A stretch of 64,000 nucleotides of DNA from an uncultured bacterium (GTDB lineage Bacteria; Acidobacteriota; Thermoanaerobaculia; Multivoradales; J023). Location of the stretch: contig CBDUYN010000036.1 of assembly GCA_965371445.1 (NCBI GenBank), positions 100 through 64,099 of the forward strand, in the 5' to 3' direction. Under the pieces are notes generated by a model. The model saw nothing but the letters and a program-made list of their open reading frames with translations, was not told the DNA's origin and searched no databases. Shown piece after piece: positions 1-15,900 of the stretch. The position numbers and the translations under genes were made by a program. Numbering within the stretch: position 1 is the first letter of the stretch; each line of letters opens with the position of its first letter.

Positions 1-6054
<6,054 letters not shown>

Positions 6055-6058
<4 letters not shown>

Positions 6059-9000
6059 GCCGATCCTCCCTTCGGCACTCCGGAGCTCATCGTGGGTGAA
6101 GGCTCGAAAAGGGCTTCGAGACGCGCTGCCAGAACCTCGACGTGCGGTTGGGCGAGGATCGTGAAATGGTCTCCCCCGAGCGCCTCGACCGTCACCGGGC
6201 CTGCACACATAGAGCGCCACCTGGCGGCGGCCTGGCGGCGCCCTTCGGCGTCGAGCATCTCCGAGCAGAAAAGGGTCAGGCCTCCGGGGTAGGGCGACGG
6301 CCGATAACGGGTCATGGCCCGCAGACCGGCCGCCTGGACCTCGATCAGACGCCGGATCTGGTGGGTGCGGACGTCGACGGGAAAAAGCCCCGTGGCGTGC
6401 GCCTTCTCCAGGACGTACGGGATCCGTGCCTCAGGCTCCAAGGCCCGCAGCTCCTCTTTTTCGATCACCAGCTTCCCGCCTCCCAGATCGCGGATCAGCA
6501 GATCCAGAATCTCCAGGTCGTCCGGATCAGAAGTCTCGGGATCCAGCAGCAGGGTGTCGATCAACGCCAGGGTGGGGGACGAGCCGCGGGTCCTCAGTTG
6601 CGCGGCCATCTCGAAGGCCAAGAGGCCACCGAAGCACCATCCCAGAAGCCGCGTGGGCTCCGCCAGGCCCTGCTCGTCGACGATTTCAAGATAGGCGGCG
6701 GCCATCTCGGCGATGTCGTCGACGACCGCGCCGTGGCCGTCGAGCCCCAAAGCCTGAAAGCCGTAGACCGGTTGCTGCGGCCCCACGGTGCCGGCCAGCT
6801 CCTGGTAGGAGAAGACCGTGCCGCCGACCGCGTGAAAACAGTAGAGCGGCGGCTCCCGGCCCGCCGTCCGCAGCGCCACCAGACTGCCGGCCACGGAGCC
6901 TTCCGGGGGCTGGAACATCTGCTCCACGCGAGTCTCAGCCGCGGCTTGGTCACCGCGCAGCCGATCCGTGAGCAGCGCCCGCCCGGCGGCCGACAGACGA
7001 CGACGCCGGGCCGCTACCGCGGCCCGGCGTTCGGCGAGACGATCGCGCTTTCCCCGCGAGCTCAGAGCAGCGGTTTCGGCCGGCGCATCGGCAGCGGCCG
7101 AAGTCGGCGCGGATTCGAGACGGCCGTCGGGGAGATAACGCACCTGCGCCGGTTCACCCCCCGCTTCGCTGCCCTGCCGGAAGCGTCGCCCCCAGACACC
7201 GATCGGCACCGGCCGGCCGCTCGCATCCATCACTCGCGGTTGCTCCGCCCGTCGCGCCGGCCACTCGACGAGGAGCTGATGACGCTCGGAGGGCGCCAGC
7301 AGGGGCAGGGCCGAGAGGGGGCGGGAGACGTCCTCGGCGACGGCTGCGAGCATCGCCCGCAGATGGCGGATCAGGCGCAGGACGGTGGTGCGGTCGAAAA
7401 GGTCGCTGTTGTACACCAGGTCGGCACGCACCGCGCCGTCGCGACTTGCCCAGTTGAGAGCCAGGTCGAAATCGGCGGCGCCCTCGTTCCTCCTCGCCGG
7501 GGTGAGATGCAACGGGCGCAAGGTCAGCGCCGGCAGATCCCAGGACGCCTTCGGGACGTTGTCGAGAGCCACCATGACTTGAAAGAACGGCGTCTGCGAC
7601 ATGTCGCGTTCCGGCCGCAACTCCTCCACCAGTTTCGTGAACGGCAGATCCTGGTGGGCATAAGCCCCCAGGGTCACCTCGCGCACCCGCGCCAGAAGCT
7701 CGGCGACCGTCGGATCGCCCTTCAAGTCGACGCGCAGCACCAGCGTGTTGACGAAAAGTCCCACGAGGTCTTCGAGCTCGGCGCGGTTGCGTCCCGCGAC
7801 CGGAGCTCCGAGCAGCAGGTCGTCTTGCCCTGTATAACGCCACAGCAAAACGTCCATCACCGCGACCGTCACCATGAAAAGAGTGGCGTCACAGTCCTCG
7901 GCGAGCTTGTCCAGGGCTTCTCGCGACACCTCCGAGAGGTGGACTTGGCCGACACCGCCGCTGTAGTCCGGCGCGGATGAGCGCAAGCGGTCGGTGGGCA
8001 ACGACAACGTCCCGCTCGCCCCGGCGAGTTGGCGGCGCCAGTAGTCGATCTCTTCCTCCAGCACCTTGCCGGTGAGCCACTGCCGCTGCCAGAGCGCGAA
8101 GTCAGCGTATTGGAATTCGAGCTCCGGTAAGTGCAGCGGCTGGGTACCGGAAAACGCCAGATAATGGTCGATCAGCTCGTCGTTGAAGGTTCCTCTCGAC
8201 CAGCCGTCCGAAATGATGTGGTGCATGTTGACCAGCAACAAGTGTTCGGCACCGCCGAGGTCGACGAGCAAGGTGCGCAAGAGGTGACCGCGGCTCAGAT
8301 GGAACGGCCGGCACGCTTCCCGGTCGAGAAGACTCCGGCCGACGGTTTCACGCCGCGCTTCGGGCAACCCTCTGAGGTCGACCACCGACAACTTCGCCGC
8401 GCCTTCCGCGTCGATCACCTGAAACATCTGACCTTCCGCGATCAAGAAATGTGTACGTAGAGTTTCGTGACGACCCACGATGCCGGCGATGCTGGCGGCA
8501 AGCTTGGTAACATCGAGGTTTCCCAATATCGAAAAGCCTATCGATATGTTGTACGCCGAATTGTCCGGCGTCAACTGGTCAAGGAAAAAAATACGCTCCT
8601 GGGCAAAAGAGAGCGGCAGCCGGCCGTCGGCCGGACGCGGCACCTTGAAGAGCTGAGAATCCGCGGCGATCCGCTTCGTCTCGCGCAGATACGCCATGAT
8701 CTCGTCCTTACGGCGGCTCAGCTCGGAACGGAGCTCCGCGTCGAGCACCCCCTTTTGCGCGCGGATCCGCAGCCGCTCCCGCTCTTCGTCGAGCGTGATC
8801 CCGACCCCGGCCCGGCGCAGTTGGCTCAAGAAACGGGTGGTCGGCAAATCTCCGTGGGTGACATCCTCCCGCGGCACGACGCTGCGATCCAAGAGGCGCT
8901 CGGTCGAACCCAAAACGTGCGACACCATGTTCGCGAGCCGCTTGTACGTGAACGCGCTGTCGACGTCGCGCAACATCAGCCGGAGCGCAAGAAGGCCCCG

Positions 9001-9900
9001 CGTCGCCAGAAAAACGTCGTGCACGTCGTCCGACACGGTGAACGCCGGACGCACTCTTCGGTACCCGGAGAGAAACGCCTGACGAAGAACCGCGAAATCG
9101 TCGCGCTCGATGAGAAAGGTAAGCGGGGTCGCGATGTCGTTGAGGTGAAAGCTCCAGGCACAATCCGTAAAATCGATCGGGCAAAACGCCTCGCCGTTCC
9201 ACAGGACGTTCTCGGTGAAGGTGAAGTCGGCATGGGTCAGGCCGTATCCGTAGCTCTCGCGCTCGGCGTCGAAAAGGCGCCATTTACCACGAATCGCATC
9301 CGCCATGTCGTTGAGCCGCCGGAAGTCCTCCCGGGAGAGGAAGCGATCCCCGCCGGACGGCTGACGGAAGTCGTCCTCACCGATCAGGTCGGCGCAGCCG
9401 AGCTGCGGCCGCTCGAAGTCGTCCGGGACGTCGAACCGTCCGCCGTGGCGATGGATGCGCCCGAGCGTCTCGCCCAGCTTCGCGCATTGCTCCGCCGTGA
9501 TCGCCTCCGCCGTCAGATGCGTTCCCGCAATCCAACGAAAGAGCACGTAGTGCCAGACGCGTCCGTCGGCGGTCGTTTCCGAGGACAGCAGCTCGCCGTC
9601 ACGCCGCGGTATCGGTTCCTGAACCGTAAGCTTCTCTTCGGCGCGCAACGCCTGCAGCCAGCGTAGCTCCGATAACGTCGCCGCTGCCGAGTGGTGGGCG
9701 GTGGCGCGCAGAAAATATTCCCCCACTCCATCCGTGGCGCTGGCGGTGACGCGAAAGGACAGACCCGTCCGCGATTGTTGCACATCGACGCGAACGATGT
9801 GATCAAAGTCGTAATGGGTCAATATCGCCTCGGCGACACTTGTACGCGTACGCTGTTGGCGCCCACTTTCTGTGTTCTCAGGTTGTAGCTGTTCGAGCAT
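6055..9900 (-). CDS. Atypical NRPS protein: APH/homoserine-kinase-II-like phosphotransferase domain, TubC_N-type docking domain, C domain, A-domain remnant, and thioesterase with a Cys nucleophile; no carrier domain
   Basis: 1281-aa ORF with ATG at 9900, preceded by GAGGTGG. Kinase-fold motifs are GLTHADFTFTENVLW and PIDFTDCAWSFHLNDIA. The docking-like stretch is TRFLSQLRRAGVGITLDEERERLRIRAQKGVLDAELRSELSRRKDEIMAYL. The C domain carries LPLSFAQERIFFLDQ and MHHIISDGWS. After the C-A linker (SERHQLLVEW) only a short degenerate stretch follows: RVMDASGRPVPIGVWG...VRYLPDGRLE. The TE carries LYCFHAVGG, GWCFGG, LALIDT and GGDHFT. I found no GG(H/D)S carrier motif. Confidence 0.85.
6121..6888 (-). 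other. Type I thioesterase domain with a Cys-Asp-His triad
   Basis: LYCFHAVGG. GWCFGG at 6625-6642, where I confirmed codon TGC in the DNA. LALIDT (Asp). GGDHFT (His). Confidence 0.8.
7111..7290 (-). other. Degenerate adenylation-domain remnant
   Basis: The C-A linker SERHQLLVEW is joined directly to RVMDASGRPVPIGVWGRRFRQG...VRYLPDGRLE. This resembles the stretch YVLD..G.PVP.GV.GEL..GG...YRTGD..R...DG.LE of a normal A domain. Core motifs A1-A5, A9-A10 and the whole T domain are absent. Confidence 0.6.
7306..8628 (-). other. Condensation domain of the 6055..9900 protein
   Basis: LPLSFAQERIFFLDQ, MHHIISDGWS (8197-8223), YADFALWQRQW, PTDRLR, GLFVNTLVLR. Confidence 0.85.
8686..8847 (-). other. 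TubC_N-type (beta-hairpin) NRPS docking domain, here internal rather than N-terminal
   Basis: Residues about 352-405: LPTTRFLSQLRRAGVGITLDEERERLRIRAQKGVLDAELRSELSRRKDEIMAYLRE. This matches the pattern L..L...GV.L...G..L...A.KG.L..EL...L...K.EI..(F/Y)L as I remember it for this docking family. Confidence 0.55.
8881..9843 (-). other. APH / homoserine-kinase-II / RdoA-like phosphotransferase domain (residues about 20-340 of the 6055..9900 protein)
   Basis: Catalytic-loop-like HADFTFTEN (9208-9234). Metal-binding-like IDFTD (9163-9177). Upstream EYFLR...ELRWLQAL...FRWIAGTHL layout typical of the fold. Confidence 0.7.
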
Positions 9901-9938
9901 TCGCCACCTCGTTTCAAACTCCTCGCGTGCCGTCGCGA

Positions 9939-12900
9939 TCAGATCTCAAATTCCTCGACTTCCTCCGCCGCCAGGTCGTTCGCAGAGTGGTCGGCCGACG
10001 ACGGCTCCGCGCGGTCTGCCCAACGCGCCAGCTCGATTCTTTCCGCCAGCTCTTCCACGGTAGGCGCTTCAAAAAAAGCTCTCAGGGGAAGCTCGACGAG
10101 ATATTTTTTCCTTATCTTCGAGAAGAGCTGGGTCACCAGGAGCGAATGGCCGCCGACGTGGAAGAAGTTGTCCCGCACGCCGAGCGTTTCGATCGCCAGC
10201 AACTCACGCCAGAGCCCGACCAGCTCCTCCTCGAGCGGGGTCCGCGGTGCGACCGTGCTCTGCGCGTCGGCAGCGAGCTCGCGTACCGACAACGCCCGAC
10301 GATCCACCTTGCCGTTGGGGCTGAGCGGCAGCCCGTCGAGGGGAGCGAAAAAGGCCGGCACCATGTGCTCCGGCAACCTTTCGCGCAGAAACTCCCGCAA
10401 GGCCGCCGGTTCGACCTCCTCTCCCGGGCAGCTCACCAACCAGGCCACCAACTGTTGGTTCCCCGACGCCGTTTCGCGCATCACGACGACCGCCTGCTCC
10501 ACGGTCTCGTGCCGGCTGAGGGCCGTCTCGATCTCTCCCAGCTCGATGCGGAAACCCCGGAGCTTGACCTGGTGGTCGACGCGGCCGAGGAATTCCAGCT
10601 CGCCCTCCGTCGTGAAGCGCCCGAGGTCCCCGGTGCGGTAGAGACGCTCGTCCGTGGCGAACGGGTGGGGGAGGAAAGCCGTGGCCGTGCTCCGCGGATC
10701 GCTCAGGTAGCCGCGTCCCACGCCGATGCCGGCCACGAAGAGCTCTCCGGGCCGCCCGAACGGCACCGGAGAGAGGTCCGGAGCCAGGACGTAGAGCCGC
10801 AGGCTCAGCACCGGCCGGCCGATGGGAATCGTCCGCGCCGCGGCATCGACCGGGCCTCTCAGGACATGGTGAGTGACGTCGTCCGAGCACTCGGTGGGGC
10901 CGTAGGCGTTGACCAGGGGAATCCGCGGGAAGACACCGTGCCAGCGCCGTGCCAGCTCCACCGGCAGGGCCTCGCCGGTGGGCACCAGCCAGCGCAGCCG
11001 CGGCAGCGGCGACGGCACCTCCTCCTCGTCGGCGACCATCATCTGCATCATCGAAGGCACCACCTCGAGGATCGTGACGGCGTCCTCGCGGACCGCGGCG
11101 AGCAGCCGCGCCGGATCGTGCGCCACCTCGTCGGGGTAGATCACCACCCGGCCGCCGACCCAAAGCGCCGCCAGGAATTGCCAGATCGAGATGTCGAAGC
11201 ACTGCGAGGCGTTCTGGGCCACCCGGTCGCCGCTCTCGATGCCGAGGTCGAGGATCTTGGCCCGCAGGTGGTTGACCATGCCCCGCTGCTCGACCATGGC
11301 CCCCTTCGGCAAGCCGGTCGATCCGGAAGTGTAGAGCACGTAGGCCAGGTTCTCCGGACGGCCGCGGGCGGGCAGCGGCTCGGACGATTCCCCGGCCTCC
11401 TCCACGAGGTCCTCGAGCACCTGGACGCGGCACGAGGCCGGCTCCCCGAGGGCCTCGGTCAAGGACGACAGAAGCTCCCGCGACACCAGCACGAGCCCCG
11501 AGCCGCTGGCCCCGAGCACCTGACGATGGCGTCCGGCGGGATGGCGGGGATCGAGCGGCAGATAGGCGCCCCCGGCTTTCCAGATCGACAGCACGGCGAG
11601 GAGAAAGTCGATCCCGCGCTCGGCCAGGATCGTCACCACCGTCTCGCCGTCCACCCCCGCGTCGATCAACCGGCGGGCGACGGCGTTCGTCCGGCGGTCC
11701 AACTGACGGTAGGTCGCCCTCCGATCCTCGCAGACGGCCGCCACGGCCTCCGGCGTGGCGCCGGCCTGGCGGGCGAAGAGCTCGACGAAGGCCGCCGGAG
11801 CCTCGGCCGGAGGGGTCACGTTCCATTCCAGAAGCAGCTGGTGCCGTTCGGCGGGGCCGAGAAGGGAGAGCTCCCGGAGCCGCAAAGGGTCCTGAGACAG
11901 ACCGCTCAGCAGGTGGCCGAAGTGACCGAGGATCCTCAAGGCGGCCGTGTCCTCGAAAAGGCTCGCCTCGTAGCTGAGCTTCATCAGCAGGGCCGACTCG
12001 GGCACCACGTCGACGGTCAGGGGGTAGTTGGTGCGCTCGAAGACCCGCACGTCGCTCGGCCTCAGGTCCTCGTCCTCCTGGAGCGCGGCTCCCACGGGAA
12101 AGTTCTCGAACACCAGGATGTGATCGAAGAGAGGCTGCTCGGCCCCGAAGCCGCTCCAGAGCTGCACCCGCTCCAACGGGCTGTGCTCGTGCTCGCGCGC
12201 CTCCGCGTGCGCCGCCTGCTGGGCCGCCAGCCAGGGGAAACACTCCCCTTCCGCTTCCACGCGGGCCCGCACCGGGAGGGTGTTGATGAAAAGGCCCACC
12301 ATCGACTCGCGGCCCTCCGGGCCTGCCGAGCGGCCGGAGACGGTGGCGCCGAAGAGGACGTCGCGCCGGCCCGTGGTACCGGCCAGCAGCAAGCTCCAGG
12401 CCCCCTGCAACAGGGTGTTGAGGGTCAGAGAGTGCCGCGCCGCCACGGCGCGGAGCGCCTCGGTCGTCTCGGGGGCCAGGCGGGTCTCCCGCTGCCGGTA
12501 AGCGGCCAGGTCGCGGGTGTCGCCGCGGCGGCCCTCGGCGAGGAGCGTGGGGGTGGTGAAGCCCTCCAGGGTCGCCCGCCAGAACGCCTCGGTCTCCGCG
12601 AGGTCGTGCTCGCGGAGCCAGGCGACGTACGCCCGGTAAGGAGGGATCCCCGGCGGCTCCTGGCCCCGGTAGTACGCGAGGGCGTCCCGGAAGACCAGAC
12701 CCGACGACCAACCGTCGAGCAGCAGGTGGTGGTAGCTCCAGGCGAAGTGCCAGCTCTCCTCCCCCGCACGGATCAGGAGGATCCGCATCAGGGGAGCTTC
12801 GTCCAGATCGAAACCCCGGCGGATGTCGTCTTCGAGCTCGGCGTCCAGGCGCTCTCGCCGCTCGGCCGCCGACAGCTCCCTCCAGTCCTCCTCCCGCCAG

Positions 12901-15900
12901 GGGAGACGCGGCTCCTCCAGCACCAACTGCAGCGGCTCCTCGAGCCCTTCCCAGAGGAACGCCGTGCGCAGCACCGAATGGCGGCGGACCACCGACCGCC
13001 AGGCCCGACGCAGGCGCTCGGGGTCCAACGGCCCCCGAAGCGTCGCGCTGAGCTGCTCGACGTAGGTTCCCGAACCCGGCTCGTAGAGGGTGTGGAAGAG
13101 CATGCCCTGCTGCATGGACGTCAGCGGGTAGAGGTCCTCGACCGGACCGCGGGACGCCAACAGGGCGTCGAGCGACGTCTGATCGAGGTCCGCCAGCGGG
13201 AAGTCCGAGGGCGTGTGGCCCCCGAAGCCGACCGTGCGGCAGTGGTCGATCAGCGCGCGCAGTGACTCCAGGTACCCCCGGGCGAGCGTCTCCACGGTCG
13301 AGCGACGGTGCCGCGCCCCATGCTCCCAGCGCAGCCGCAGGCGGCCCGCCTGGACACCGCCGCTGACCTCCAGCAGGCTCTCCCTCAGGCCCCGTGAATC
13401 CGCCCGCGCACCCGACGCCTCCTCCGCCGGACGCCAGAACGAGGCCGACAGCGCCGTGTCCAGTTGTCCGAGGTAGTTGAAGATCACCTCCGGATCCGGC
13501 CGCGCGCCGAGCCGCTGCCGCGCCTCCGCGGCGCCCAGATAGCGCAGCACCCCGTAGCCGACGCCATGGTGGGGCACCGAGCGCAGCCGCTCCTTGACCG
13601 CCTTCAGGGTCTCTCCCGGGCCGCCCTCGGCCACCTCCAACGACACCGGGTAGAGGCTCGTGAACCAGCCCACCGTGCGAGAAAGGTCGAGGCCCCCGAC
13701 CAGCTCCTCTTCCCGGCCGTGACCCTCCAGCGCGAGGCGCAGCCCACGCTCGCCGGTCCACTTCCGGAAGGCCAGCACCAGGGCCGTCAGCAGCACCTCG
13801 TCGATGTTCGTGCGATAGACCGCCGGCACGTCGTAGAGCAGCGCCCGGGTCTCCTCCTCCGCGAGAGCCACCTCCACCTTCCGGGTCGTGGCCACGGTGT
13901 TCGGCGCCCGCGGGTCGTCCACCGGCAACGCGGCTCTGGCCCGCCCGGCCTCCGTCCAGAAGTCGAGCTCCTCGGCGAGGTCCCCCGAGCGGCCGAGCTC
14001 CTCGAGGGCCTGCGCCCAACGCCCGAACGACGCCGTCCGCGGCGGCAAGACCGGAGCCTCACCGCGCTCCAACTGCCGGTAGCAGCTCTCCAGGTCGGCC
14101 AGCAGGACGCGCCACGACACGCCGTCCACCGCCAGGTGGTGGATCACCCACAACAGGCGCTGTGCCCGCTCCGCGCCGAGATCCAGGAGCACCAGGCGCT
14201 GCAGGGCACCCCGCGAGGGGTCGAAGCCGCGGTGCGAAGCGTCCGCCACCGAGCCCAGGACCCCCGCCTGCCGATCGGACGGCACCCGCGAGAGGTCGAT
14301 CACGGTGCAGGGAGACGGACCTCCTTGCGCGCGGCTCTCCTGGTGCCAGGCTCCCGAGTCCTGGGCTCCCGAGTCCTGGAAGAAACGCAGACGCAGGGCG
14401 TCGTGGTGGAGCACCAGGACCTCCGACGCGGCGGCCAGCCGGCCGGCGTCGAGGCGCTCGACCGGCGCCAGCAGCACGGCCTGGTTGAAGTGCTGGTGGA
14501 CCGCGGAGCGCGACGCGAAGAAGGACTGCTGGATCGGCGTCAGGGGAACGGGACCGGTCACCGACGCCGCCTCGTCGCCGGCCGAGCCCGCGGCGACCGC
14601 CACCGCCGCCTGCTCGGCGACGGTGGGATTCTGGAAGACCTGCCGCGGGCTCAGCCGCAGCCCGGCGGCGCGCGCCTGCGACACCACCTGGATGCTGAGG
14701 ATCGAATCGCCGCCCACCTCGAAGAAGTTGTCGTGGACCCCGACGTCGCGCAGCCCCAGCACCTGTCGCCAGATCCCGGCCAAAAGCTCCTCCGCCGGAG
14801 TCGACGGGGCCACGAAGCCCGCCGTTTCCTCTTGCCCGGAAGGCGACGGCAGGGCCTTACGGTCCAACTTGCCGTTGGCGGTCAACGGGATGGCGTCGAG
14901 AAACATGAACGTCGACGGCACCATGTACTCCGGCAAGATGTCGCCCAAAAAGACTCGCAGGTCCTCGACGCGCGGCGCCGCCTCCGGCGTGCGCGGCACC
15001 ACGTAGGCCACCAGGCGTCCCGCACGCACCGCCGCCGGCCCGCTGGGTCCGTCGATCACAGCCACCGCGTCGCGCACCCCTTCATACCGGGTGAGAGCCG
15101 TCTCGATCTCTCCCAGCTCCACGCGAAATCCACGGATCTTGACCTGCGCGTCCTGGCGGCCGAGGAACTCCAGGTTCCCGTCGTTGAAGAAACGGGCCAG
15201 ATCCCCCGTGCGGTAGAGCCGATCTCCCGGATGCTCCGCGAAGGGATCCGGAACGAAACGCTCCGCGGCGAGCGCCGGAGCGCTGGCATAGCCGCCGCTC
15301 AGACAATGCCCTCCGATACACAGATCACCCGGCACGCCGATCGGACAGGGGCCCATCCGGGGGTCCAGGACGAGGTAGCGGGCGTTCTTCATGGGCCGGC
15401 CGTAGGGAATGCTCGGCCACGAGGGATCGACGCGTTCGATCGGGTAGAAGTTCGACCATACGGTACATTCCGTCGCTCCACCCAGGCTGATCACTCGCGC
15501 CCGCGGAAAGCTGGCCCGCACCTGATCCGGAAGCGGCACGGGAATCCAGTCGCCGCTCAAGAAGACCCGACGCAGCGTCTCGGACCCCTCCCCCGGGCTC
15601 GGGAAAAGAGGTGCCAGCTGCTGCAGCGCCGCCGGTGCGGAATCCCAGAAGGTGATCCCGTCCTCCTGGAGCAGACGGACCAGGCGCTCCGGCTCTTCCA
15701 AATCCTCCCCGGAAGCGATTCGGATCGAGCCGCCGGCGGCGAGCATTCCGAAGATGTCGTAGACCGACAGGTCAAAGCTCAAGGAGGCGACGAAGAGCAT
15801 TCGGTCGCCGGGGCCCACCTCGAAGGTCCGATTGACCCATGCGATCAGGCGCATCGCCGGCTCGTGGCGGACCATGACTCCCTTGGGCTTGCCGGTCGAG

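Noticed and set aside
10204-14019. Long minus-strand out-of-frame ORFs. Examples: 10204..14019, 15772..17703, 29390..30931, 31025..32353, 2721..4010, 22826..24118, 50264..51538.
   Set aside because: They lie on the same strand as the megasynthase genes but in a shifted frame. The translations are Arg/Gly/Pro-rich with no domain motifs. The in-frame megasynthase ORFs explain the sequence.
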